A stretch of 10,398 nucleotides of DNA from an uncultured archaeon (GCA_964463155.1 CAYXAY010000025.1:1-10398); one strand, 5' to 3'. Shown: positions 1 to 6,764, counted from the stretch's first letter. Numbers and translations: made by a program. Notes: generated by a model not told the origin, from the sequence alone.

Positions 1-371
1 AAATCAAGAAAAAGGGTGACAAGCTAACAATAGTGACTTATGGTCGGATGGTTCACCTTGCATTGGAAATTGCGAATTCAACGAACTCTGACATAGAAGT
101 TTTAGACCTCAGAAGCTTACAGCCATTGGATATAGATTTGATAAAGAAATCTGTTAAAAAAACAGGCAAAGTTATTATTCTTGAAGAAGGTTATGGTTTT
201 ATAGGAGCCGAAATTGCTACTCGAATAAATGAAGAACTCTTTGATTATCTAAAAGCCCCCATCAAAAGAGTATTTTCGAAGAGGGTACCACTCCCTTATA
301 GTAAAAAATTAGAAGAAAGGATACTTCCTTCAAAAGAATTACTTATCAAGGAGATTAATTCTTTGCTTTAA
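1..371 (+). CDS. 2-oxoacid (pyruvate/acetoin/branched-chain type) dehydrogenase E1 component beta subunit, C-terminal transketolase-C domain; 5' end lies outside the window
   Basis: The ORF-track frame stays open back to position 3 (atc aag aaa aag ggt gac aag cta aca ata gtg = IKKKGDKLTIV), so the GTG at 33 is not the real start. IKKKGDKLTIVTYGRMVHLALEIA...IEVLDLRSLQPLDIDLIKKSVKKTGKVIILEEGYGFIGAEIATRINEELFDYLKAPIKRV is the typical C-terminal third of E1-beta subunits. Stop TAA at 369-371. Confidence 0.85.
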   Translation, partial: IKKKGDKLTIVTYGRMVHLALEIANSTNSDIEVLDLRSLQPLDIDLIKKSVKKTGKVIILEEGYGFIGAEIATRINEELFDYLKAPIKRVFSKRVPLPYSKKLEERILPSKELLIKEINSLL

Positions 372-378
372 TTTTATT

Positions 379-639
379 TGTGGAACAGAAACACAAGCAA
401 TTTATTTTCTAAACTATAAAAGCAAGCGATTACTCCAAAGGAATGATTGATGTCGCTAACGATAAGCTAAAGAAATTAAAAAGAAAAGTTTCTTGTAGGG
501 GATATGAGAAACATTAAGTTTGGAAAAGCTGATTGCATTATAACAATGTTTAATGATATTTAAGGAATTAAAGGAAACACTAGAAAGAAAAGGTTTTAAG
601 ATTCTAGAATATATGGTGGCCAAAGTTTCCCAAGTTTAA
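379..639 (+). pseudogene. Decayed class I SAM-dependent methyltransferase relic (at least 3 frame changes, internal deletion, no intact start)
   Basis: Four consecutive pieces in different frames read in methyltransferase order. 379-417 gives CGTETQAIYFLNY (degenerate GCGTG motif I). 416-485 gives IKASDYSKGMIDVANDKLKKLKRK (the 'v.GiD.S..Ml..A' segment). 486-560 gives KFLVGDMRNIKFGKADCIITMFNDI (the 'v.f..gDm.nl.f...fD.I....f' acidic-loop/motif II region), then TAA at 561. 562-636 gives KELKETLERKGFKILEYMVAKVSQV (a C-terminal '...GF.i.e' segment). The middle of the fold is missing. Confidence 0.45.
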
Positions 640-736
640 TGACAAGAAAAGCGAAAGCATCTATATAGTTTCTCAAAAAGAATAAATTTAGTTATTATTA
701 AAAAAAGAATGCATCTATAATATATCGGTAATAATT

Positions 737-1252
737 ATGAAGAATAAATTTGTTGGTTTTATTATACTTTTTATTGCATTGTTAATGTTTGCAATCATCT
801 TTCTATTTAATAGGGGCATGACAGACATTGTTAATACTTCTTGTGATCACGGACCGAGATGTCCAATGTGGGAAACTATTAATTTTCAAACAAATGTAAG
901 TATTGGCATAACCATTTTTGTAATATTGGTTGGCGTGTTTTTGATATTTTTTGGCAATGAAGAGAAAATAGTAACAATCGTAAAAACCAAAACAGTACAT
1001 CCTAAAAAAGTCGCAAATAAGATAACTAAAACAGAATATTCTAATATCCTCTCTACTCTTAATTCAGAAGAAAAGACAGTTTTTGAAAAGATTATTGAAG
1101 CAAAAGGAAGCATATATCAATCAGAGATTGTTCAAAAAACCAATTTTACAAAGGTTAGAGTCACAAGGATACTGGACAAACTAGAGGGAAAAGGCCTAAT
1201 TGATAGAAAAAGAAGAGGAATGACAAACATCGTTCTTTTAAAGAACAATTGA
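737..1252 (+). CDS. Membrane-anchored winged-helix (MarR/TrmB-like) transcriptional regulator: two TM helices, a Cys/His/Cys/Met loop and a cytoplasmic wHTH (resembles the archaeal COG2512-type architecture)
   Basis: TM1 is FVGFIILFIALLMFAIIFLF. The loop NRGMTDIVNTSCDHGPRCPMWETINFQTN has the motif at nt 842-871. TM2 is VSIGITIFVILVGVFLIFF, followed by a Lys-rich linker. The wHTH (nt ~1058-1243) reads LNSEEKTVFEKIIEAKGSIYQSEIVQKTNFTKVRVTRILDKLEGKGLIDRKRRGMTNIVLL. The positive-inside rule places the loop outside and the wHTH inside. Confidence 0.75.
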   Translation: MKNKFVGFIILFIALLMFAIIFLFNRGMTDIVNTSCDHGPRCPMWETINFQTNVSIGITIFVILVGVFLIFFGNEEKIVTIVKTKTVHPKKVANKITKTEYSNILSTLNSEEKTVFEKIIEAKGSIYQSEIVQKTNFTKVRVTRILDKLEGKGLIDRKRRGMTNIVLLKNN

Positions 1253-1263
1253 AACTAGTTTCA
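1250..1263. promoter_or_regulatory. Perfect 14-bp palindrome TGAAACTAGTTTCA, candidate operator of the copper-module promoter
   Basis: It is self-complementary when read directly. It overlaps the TGA stop of the regulator gene and sits just upstream of the TATA-like box. A third GTTTCA half-site lies at 1282-1287, inside an imperfect direct repeat (gtttcaagatataatat 1258-1274 and gtttcaatataatat 1282-1296). Confidence 0.4.
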
Positions 1264-1264
1264 A

Positions 1265-1280
1265 GATATAATATATAAAT
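1265..1280 (+). promoter_or_regulatory. TATA-like box for the 1301/copA transcription unit (archaeal-type, near-leaderless)
   Basis: gatataatatataaat is centred about 25-30 nt upstream of the ATG at 1301. There is no Shine-Dalgarno-like purine run before the ATG. Confidence 0.3.
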
Positions 1281-1300
1281 GGTTTCAATATAATATTTCT

Positions 1301-1906
1301 ATGGGTAAAGAAAACAAAAAAGGAATAGCCAAAGGTTTGTTGTTTGCAATTATCCCCCACATAGGGTGTATACTTTTTATAGTTTTAAGTGTACTTGGAG
1401 TTACTATTGCGGGCAGTTTCTTTAGAAATTTATTATTTAATAGATATATATTTTACATACTTATCGGATTGTCCTTTTTATTTGCGGGGCTTTCTACAAT
1501 AATTTACTTAAAGACAAACAAGATATTGTCAATAGCAGGCATAAAAAGAAAATACAAGTATATCCTTTTGATGTTTGGAACTACAATTGTTGTTAATCTT
1601 TTGCTTTTTTTTGTAATATTTCCTTTCATTGCTAATTTTTCTATAAATAACCAGCAAAACCTCACATCATCTGGGCTTTTAGATGTCACAAACCAGATAA
1701 CTAATACCATTGTTGTGGACATCCCCTGTTCAGGACATGCTCCATTAATAATAAATGAATTAAAAACAATACAGGGAATTATAACAGTAAAGTTTAAACT
1801 TCCAAATCGTTTTGTAATAACTTATGATAAAACAAAAACCTCAATAATTGAAATAATTAATCTTGAAATTTTTAACGAATTTCCTGCAAAACTGATAAAG
1901 AGATAA
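1301..1906 (+). CDS. Three-TM membrane protein with a C-terminal HMA-like (ferredoxin-fold) domain carrying CSGH instead of CxxC; MerT/MerP-like fusion architecture, putative membrane-tethered metal acceptor/chaperone
   Basis: TM1 LLFAIIPHIGCILFIVLSVLGV contains P-H-I-G-C (nt 1355-1369). TM2 is YIFYILIGLSFLFAGLSTIIYL, followed by the basic loop KTNKILSIAGIKRKYKY. TM3 is ILLMFGTTIVVNLLLFFVIFPFIANF. The C-terminal region TIVVDIPCSGHAPLIINELKTIQGIITVKFKLPNRFVITYDKTKTSIIEIIN has a beta-alpha-beta-beta-alpha pattern with the metal loop where GMxCxxC would sit (CSGH at nt 1727-1738). Its stop is 3 nt before the copA ATG. Confidence 0.7.
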   Translation: MGKENKKGIAKGLLFAIIPHIGCILFIVLSVLGVTIAGSFFRNLLFNRYIFYILIGLSFLFAGLSTIIYLKTNKILSIAGIKRKYKYILLMFGTTIVVNLLLFFVIFPFIANFSINNQQNLTSSGLLDVTNQITNTIVVDIPCSGHAPLIINELKTIQGIITVKFKLPNRFVITYDKTKTSIIEIINLEIFNEFPAKLIKR

Positions 1907-1909
1907 AAC

Positions 1910-4084
1910 ATGAAAAAAACATATAAAATTACTGGCATGCATTGCACTTCTTGTTCCAAAAACATAGAGACAGCTTTAAAGAACGAGAAAGGAATTACAA
2001 AAACTACTGTTAATTTTGCAACAGAGTTTGCTGAAATAGATTTTGATGAGAAAAAAACATCTGAAAATGAAATTTTTACAAAAGTAAAACAACTAGGCTA
2101 TAACATAGAAGAAAAAACAGAAGAAATTACTGAGAAAAAACCAAAGAACGAATGGAAAATAAGGTTTTTTATTTCTCTAATATTTACAACCCCCATTTTT
2201 GTTCTTTCAATGTTTGTTTCTGATTTTAGTTCAAAGAACTTAATTCTTCTTTTGCTTACAATTCCGGTTCAGTTTTTTATTGGGTTTGCATTTTATAAAA
2301 GTTCATATTATTCTGTTAAGGCAAAAGCAGCAAACATGGATGTATTGGTTATTGTTGGAACAACCGCTGCATTTATTTATAGTGTGCTTGTTATCTTGAT
2401 GCCTGAAAGTTTTGGACACATGGCGTATTTTGAGATTTCAGCAGTAATAATTACTTTTGTAGTTCTAGGAAAATGGTTAGAATCACACTGTAAGGGAAAA
2501 GCATCAGAAGCAATAAAGAAATTAATTGATCTTAAGCCAAAATTTGCAACAGTTTTAAGAAACAATAAAGAAATAAGAATTTCAGTAAAGGACATAGTAA
2601 TAGGAGACATAGTTATTGTCAAACCCGGAGAAAAAATAAGTGTTGATGGGGTAGTAATTTCTGGAGACTCTTATGTTGATGAGTCAATGGTGACCGGAGA
2701 AAGCAAACCTGTGCATAAGACTAAGGGAAATGAAGTAATCGGAGCCACTATAAACAAGAACGGTTCTTTTACCTACAAAGTAACAAAAATCGGAAAAGAC
2801 ATGTTTATTAGCCAAATAATTAAACTTGTTGAGGACACTCAAAACAGTAAGGCGCCTATTCAAAAACTCGCAGATAAGATTAGTGGTTATTTTGTGGTTA
2901 TTGTGATTGTCATTGCCTTAATTAGTTTTTGTGTGTGGTATCTTTTGCTTGCTAAAAGTTTTGTATTTGCATTAATTGTTTTTATTTCAATTTTAGTGAT
3001 TGCTTGTCCTTGTGTTCTGGGCCTTGCAACACCCACTGCAATTATAGTATCTACTGGCATGGCTGCAAATAATGGCATATTAATTAAGAACGCAGAAGTC
3101 ATTGAAAGACTATCAAAAACAAACACAATTGTATTTGACAAAACTGGAACCTTGACTTCTGGTTTTCCGGAAGTTACAAAAGTTATTTCTTTAGATGAAA
3201 GTATATCTGAAAAAGAAATATTAAAGATTTCAGCAATAGGCGAGAAAAAATCAAACCACCCTTTGGCTGAAGCAATAGTATCAAAGACAAAATCAGAAAA
3301 AATAAACTATGACTTTAATCCAGAAAAGTTTTTGGAAACAGACGGCAAAGGCATTTCTTTTATTTTAGAAAAATCAAAATATCTTGTTGGTAATAAAAAA
3401 TTATTAAATGAAAGCAAAATTGATTGCACGAAACAAGATAAGCAAATTATGGAGCTAGAAAGAAAGGCTCAAACAGTTGTTCTTGTTTCTAGAGACAATA
3501 AGTTAATTGGATTAATCTGTATATCTGACAAAATAAAAGAAAATGCAAATCTTGCAGTTTTAAGATTAAAAGGAAAAGGCAAGGAAGTTATACTTCTTAC
3601 AGGAGATAATTCTGAAACAGCAAAGGCCGTTGCAAAATCCGTTGGAATAGATAAAGTAATCTCTGAAGTTTTACCTAAAGATAAATCAGAAGTAATTAAA
3701 GAACTTCAAAAAGAAGGAAAAATTGTGACAATGGTTGGAGACGGTATAAATGATGCTCCTGCTCTTGTTCAAGCAGATATCGGCATAGCGATTGGTTCAG
3801 GAACAGATGTTTCTATAGAAGCAGGACAAGTTGTTTTAATTAAAAATAACATATTAGATGTTGTTAGAGCAATAGATATAGCAGAATTTACCTTTAAAAA
3901 AATAAAACAAAATCTTTTCTTTGCGTTCTTTTACAATTCAATAGGCATTGTTATAGCAACAGGTGCTTTTTATGGGATTTTAGGTTTTATATTAAACCCA
4001 ATGATTGCCGCGGGAGCCATGGCATTAAGTTCAGTATCTGTGGTGTCAAATTCTGTATTAATGAAACGCCACAAATTCAAATAA
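1910..4084 (+). CDS. copA: Copper-translocating P1B-type ATPase
   Basis: There is a single N-terminal HMA motif, GMHCTSC (1934-1954). Also present are actuator TGES (2693-2704), the TM6 CPC motif in [11 protein letters not shown] (3005-3013), the phosphorylation site DKTGTLT (3137-3157), the [11 protein letters not shown] motif, and the hinge [10 protein letters not shown] (3737-3766). Length is 724 aa. Confidence 0.97.
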   Translation: MKKTYKITGMHCTSCSKNIETALKNEKGITKTTVNFATEFAEIDFDEKKTSENEIFTKVKQLGYNIEEKTEEITEKKPKNEWKIRFFISLIFTTPIFVLSMFVSDFSSKNLILLLLTIPVQFFIGFAFYKSSYYSVKAKAANMDVLVIVGTTAAFIYSVLVILMPESFGHMAYFEISAVIITFVVLGKWLESHCKGKASEAIKKLIDLKPKFATVLRNNKEIRISVKDIVIGDIVIVKPGEKISVDGVVISGDSYVDESMVTGESKPVHKTKGNEVIGATINKNGSFTYKVTKIGKDMFISQIIKLVEDTQNSKAPIQKLADKISGYFVVIVIVIALISFCVWYLLLAKSFVFALIVFISILVIACPCVLGLATPTAIIVSTGMAANNGILIKNAEVIERLSKTNTIVFDKTGTLTSGFPEVTKVISLDESISEKEILKISAIGEKKSNHPLAEAIVSKTKSEKINYDFNPEKFLETDGKGISFILEKSKYLVGNKKLLNESKIDCTKQDKQIMELERKAQTVVLVSRDNKLIGLICISDKIKENANLAVLRLKGKGKEVILLTGDNSETAKAVAKSVGIDKVISEVLPKDKSEVIKELQKEGKIVTMVGDGINDAPALVQADIGIAIGSGTDVSIEAGQVVLIKNNILDVVRAIDIAEFTFKKIKQNLFFAFFYNSIGIVIATGAFYGILGFILNPMIAAGAMALSSVSVVSNSVLMKRHKFK

Positions 4085-4088
4085 ACTA

Positions 4089-4098
4089 TTTCTTTTTT
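4089..4098 (+). terminator. Oligo-T tract after copA, possible archaeal-type intrinsic terminator
   Basis: tttctttttt begins 5 nt after the TAA stop at 4082-4084. No convincing hairpin accompanies it. Confidence 0.3.
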
Positions 4099-4244
4099 AC
4101 AATTAGTTTCTGCGGATTTATCATAATATCCTTCAACATACTTAGAAACATTCTTTACTTTTGTAATTTTCGTAAGCAATCACAAACATTTGAGAAACAA
4201 TTATTTTATAATGTTATTTGCAATATATGGTATCAAGTGATAAC

Positions 4245-5267
4245 ATGTCAACAGTATACTTCAAAGCAATTGATGATTATTCTAAGACAGATGAGATTAA
4301 TATGGCAGTCTTAGAACTGTTTAAGAAAGTCAATAATGGCTTTGTGGGGGAAGTAGCAATTAAAGTTCATTTTGGAGAAGACGGAAACAAGACTTTTATT
4401 TCTCCAAGAAATTATGATCAATTGATTGATTATCTCCAAAAGAATAATTGTACTCCAGTCTACATAGAATCAAATGTTTTATACAAAAGCAAAAGAACAA
4501 CAAGAGAAAGCCACATAGCGTTGGCAAAAGAACATGGCTTTACTAATCTTCCAATAGTTATTGCTGACGGATATATTGGAGAAGAATATATTGAAGTTGA
4601 AATTTCTAAAAAGCATTTTAAAAGTTGTAAGATTGGAAAGGCCTACAAGAACTATTCTCAATTTATAGTTATTACTCATTTTAAAGGACATGGACTTTCG
4701 GGGTTTGGAGGAGCAATCAAAAACCTAGGAATGGGTTTTGCAGCAAGATCAGGAAAACTAGCAATGCATGCTAATTCTAAACCAATAATCAATCCATTTA
4801 AATGTAAGAAATGTCATCTTTGTGAACAGAATTGTCCAGTTAATGCTATAACTATTGGATTAATTCCACACATTGATACAAAGAAATGTATTGGTTGTGC
4901 AAAATGCATAGCCATTTGTCCACATCATGCATGTACTGTTAATTGGATATCAACTTTTCCAGGTACCTTTGAAGAAAAGCTTTGCGAGTACGCTCTTGCT
5001 GCAACTAAGGCAAATAAAGATAATCAAATAATCTATATTAACTTTTTATTAAATATTACAGACAACTGCGATTGTATGTCTCACACAAAAGTTGTTGCAA
5101 AAGATATTGGTATTCTTGGTGGAACAGACCCTGTTGCCATGGACAAAGCATGTTTTGATCTACTAAACAAAAAAGAAAACAAAAAAGTCTTTCCTGGAGA
5201 AAAAACTTTTGATTATGCTGAAAGTATTAGTCTTGGTAAGAAAGAATATATTTTAAAAGAAATCTAA
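4245..5267 (+). CDS. DUF362-type protein (COG2768-like uncharacterised Fe-S protein) with an inserted 2x[4Fe-4S] ferredoxin domain
   Basis: Two CxxCxxCxxxCP motifs are present: CKKCHLCEQNCP (4803-4838) and CIGCAKCIAICP (4887-4922). Flanking segments look typical of DUF362 (VAIKVHFGE, ITHFKGH, NITDNCDC). The ORF track starts at TTG 4218. ATGs occur at 4227 and 4245, and I prefer 4245 (MSTVYFK) because family members usually begin close to the VYF strand and a TATA-like attttataat lies at ~4203-4212. The start is uncertain within 4218-4245. Confidence 0.85.
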   Translation: MSTVYFKAIDDYSKTDEINMAVLELFKKVNNGFVGEVAIKVHFGEDGNKTFISPRNYDQLIDYLQKNNCTPVYIESNVLYKSKRTTRESHIALAKEHGFTNLPIVIADGYIGEEYIEVEISKKHFKSCKIGKAYKNYSQFIVITHFKGHGLSGFGGAIKNLGMGFAARSGKLAMHANSKPIINPFKCKKCHLCEQNCPVNAITIGLIPHIDTKKCIGCAKCIAICPHHACTVNWISTFPGTFEEKLCEYALAATKANKDNQIIYINFLLNITDNCDCMSHTKVVAKDIGILGGTDPVAMDKACFDLLNKKENKKVFPGEKTFDYAESISLGKKEYILKEI

Positions 5268-5280
5268 TATAAATATATTT

Positions 5281-6114
5281 ATGCGAATACTTCCAAAGAT
5301 ATTTAAAAGACCAAAACATAAGAAAGACATAGTAAAAAGAGTTTCTGAGGGAAAAAAAACAGATAGTTGGGCAAAGAATGGAACCAAAGACAGATATCGA
5401 ATAGTATTTGAATATAAATTAGAAAATCACCCGCTTGAATTCTTAGAAAGATTGAAAAATAAAAAACCAAAAGTACTGTTTATTGGTCCAGGAAAAGGAG
5501 AATATATTAAAATATTCAAAGAAAAACTAAATGAAAAAGGCATATCTCCGGAAATATCAGTAATTGGCATAAAAAAATCAATTAATCCAGATTTATTAGA
5601 AGAAAAAGTAATTAATAGAGACTATTCCATTGATAAAACAATGGAAGACATTTTTGATAATCCAAATAAATATGAAACATTAATTAAAATTCTAAGAGAC
5701 AATGCAGATTTAGTTATTGCTTCTAAAAGCTCAGGATTTCACACATATTACCCCGCATATAATGTTTTTATTTCTGCACTTTTGCTAAAACCAGGCGGAA
5801 GAACATATATTGAAATACCAACTAGAGAATTAATACTTGGAAGTGAATCAAGAAAATCAAAAAACCAACAACCTTATGGTATTTTTAATAAACTTAAAAA
5901 AATAATTTACGGAGAAGAAGATTATGAAAACCAAATACAATATCGCCATAAAAAAAGAATGATTAGAGAAGTTGAAAATATTTCTGAAGAAACAAGAACA
6001 TATTTAAACAAATACTTTAAAAGAGACGTGTCTAAAGAATTTGAGATAAATTTATTTAATAAATCTAAAAGCGCAGGCTCTGTATTTGTTATAGTTAATA
6101 GAAAATCCCTATGA
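5281..6114 (+). CDS. Lys-rich hypothetical protein with divergent class I (Rossmann) SAM-methyltransferase-like motifs
   Basis: The 277-aa ORF contains KVLFIGPGKGEY (motif I-like G-x-G-x-G), ADLVIAS (a beta4-like strand) and ALLLKPGGRTYIE (the 'LLKPGG' post-motif strand). The N- and C-terminal tails are very basic. The ATG lies 13 nt after the DUF362 stop. Confidence 0.55.
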   Translation: MRILPKIFKRPKHKKDIVKRVSEGKKTDSWAKNGTKDRYRIVFEYKLENHPLEFLERLKNKKPKVLFIGPGKGEYIKIFKEKLNEKGISPEISVIGIKKSINPDLLEEKVINRDYSIDKTMEDIFDNPNKYETLIKILRDNADLVIASKSSGFHTYYPAYNVFISALLLKPGGRTYIEIPTRELILGSESRKSKNQQPYGIFNKLKKIIYGEEDYENQIQYRHKKRMIREVENISEETRTYLNKYFKRDVSKEFEINLFNKSKSAGSVFVIVNRKSL

Positions 6115-6116
6115 TA

Positions 6117-6386
6117 TTATTTGTAGAAAAGCTTAAGATTGTGTTTTACAAACTTGTCAATTATTTTGTTTAGGAGTATTTGTTCTCCTTTCTTTAGATA
6201 AATATATCCGAAAATAGAAGCAAATACTGCTCTAAGAGTATTACGCAAAAAATCCTTCGTGGTATCAATTATTCCAATCCGAGAATCACAAGGTCCTGTT
6301 TCTAGGCAAAGATAATCTTGTTTTTTGCAGGTTTGCACCAATTGTATTGTCAACACAAAATTCAAAGATTTCTTATACCATTCCAA
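6117..6386 (-). CDS. Hypothetical 89-codon ORF, possibly a gene remnant with a faint RNase III/Mini-III-like C-terminal motif
   Basis: An open frame of 89 codons is unlikely by chance in DNA this stop-rich. However, it has no ATG at all (only TTG at 6386-6384), a TGA lies two codons upstream, and its stop is 2 nt from the convergent 5281 gene stop. ...LRAVFASIFGYIYLKKGEQILLNKII... resembles the 'EALIGAIYLDgG' end of RNase III domains, but the acidic catalytic positions are not conserved. Confidence 0.3.
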   Translation of the reverse strand: MEWYKKSLNFVLTIQLVQTCKKQDYLCLETGPCDSRIGIIDTTKDFLRNTLRAVFASIFGYIYLKKGEQILLNKIIDKFVKHNLKLFYK

Positions 6387-6582
6387 TTGTCAAAGTTATA
6401 CAAAAGATAATTGTTGCAATATACAAAACGCTTGTTTTAATTTTTAATTTCCTTATTTCTTAAGAGTTTGTTGTAGGTGATGGCAAAGCGATGGGCTTTT
6501 GTATTATATTTCTACTCAAAATTTTAAATAATAAAATAGTTACTTATTTAAAGAGTTTTAAGCTAAAATTTAATTGATAAAA

Positions 6583-6669
6583 ATGATTTCTGAAGAACAT
6601 ATTGAAGAGCTAGACTCTAATGGTAACATTATATTTGCCACTGTTCATTTTATTGATAAAATTAAATAA
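6583..6669 (+). other. 28-codon ORF (MISEEHIEELDSNGNIIFATVHFIDKIK) carrying copy 1 of the 19-bp repeat; probably the displaced 5' end of the gene that now starts at 8019
   Basis: ATG at 6583 and TAA at 6667-6669. Codons 5-10 (EHIEEL) are encoded by the same 19 nt as codons 5-10 of the 8019 ORF. Confidence 0.25.
6595..6613 (+). repeat. Direct repeat copy 1: GAACATATTGAAGAGCTAG
   Basis: Exact 19/19 identity with 8031-8049. The flanking bases differ on both sides (a/t before, a/g after). Confidence 0.9.
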
Positions 6670-6714
6670 GTAGGGAATTCTATTTCTATTAGAATCGCCA
6701 CAACCTGTAGATTA

Positions 6715-6732
6715 TGTCGATTATAATCGACA
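6715..6732. promoter_or_regulatory. Perfect 18-bp palindrome TGTCGATTATAATCGACA, candidate operator abutting the ATPase promoter
   Basis: It is self-complementary when read directly. It ends 2 nt before the TATA-like box at 6734-6743. Confidence 0.45.
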
Positions 6733-6733
6733 G

Positions 6734-6743
6734 ATATTTAAAT
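6734..6743 (+). promoter_or_regulatory. TATA-like box (atatttaaat) for the ATPase gene
   Basis: It is centred about 27 nt upstream of the ATG at 6765, which fits an archaeal leaderless transcript. Confidence 0.35.
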
Positions 6744-6764
6744 TTTTGGTAGTATATATAATAT

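Noticed and set aside
657-719. 9-bp direct repeat gcatctata at 657-665 and 711-719, upstream of the regulator gene
   Set aside because: It is short and AT-rich, with no symmetry or positional logic relative to a promoter. It is compatible with chance.
803-1113. Minus-strand ORFs 803..1000 and 886..1113
   Set aside because: They lie entirely inside the well-supported regulator CDS on the opposite strand. Their translations are low-complexity and hydrophobic, as expected for antisense of an AT-rich membrane-protein gene. No motifs were found.
1504-1722. Minus-strand ORF 1504..1722
   Set aside because: It is a shadow ORF inside the 201-aa membrane/HMA-like gene and has no recognisable features.
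2377-3141. Minus-strand ORFs 2377..2622 and 2887..3141
   Set aside because: Both are antisense to copA, whose frame carries every P1B-ATPase signature, so they are shadow ORFs.
3970-4179. Minus-strand ORF 3970..4179 (69 aa, TTG start)
   Set aside because: More than half of it overlaps the copA 3' end in antisense. It has only a TTG start and no motifs. The non-overlapping part (4085-4179) is too short to support a gene.
4107-4198. Recurring GAAAC/GTTTC pentamers in the copA-DUF362 spacer (4107, 4145, 4194), resembling the half-site of the 1250 palindrome
   Set aside because: Only 5-6 nt are shared, and the flanking base differs (AGAAAC versus TGAAAC). Pentamers like this are expected many times in 10 kb.
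4479-4691. Minus-strand ORF 4479..4691
   Set aside because: It is antisense within the DUF362/ferredoxin gene, so it is a shadow ORF.
6385-6430. Imperfect tandem-like repeat aattgtcaaagttatacaaaa / aattgttgcaatatacaaaa
   Set aside because: It needs an indel and several mismatches in the middle. The AT-rich composition makes this weak, and no function can be argued from the sequence alone.
6673-6695. Small hairpin attcta-N7-tagaat after the 28-codon ORF stop, as a possible terminator
   Set aside because: It has a 6-bp AT-rich stem with no following T-tract, so it is not convincing.
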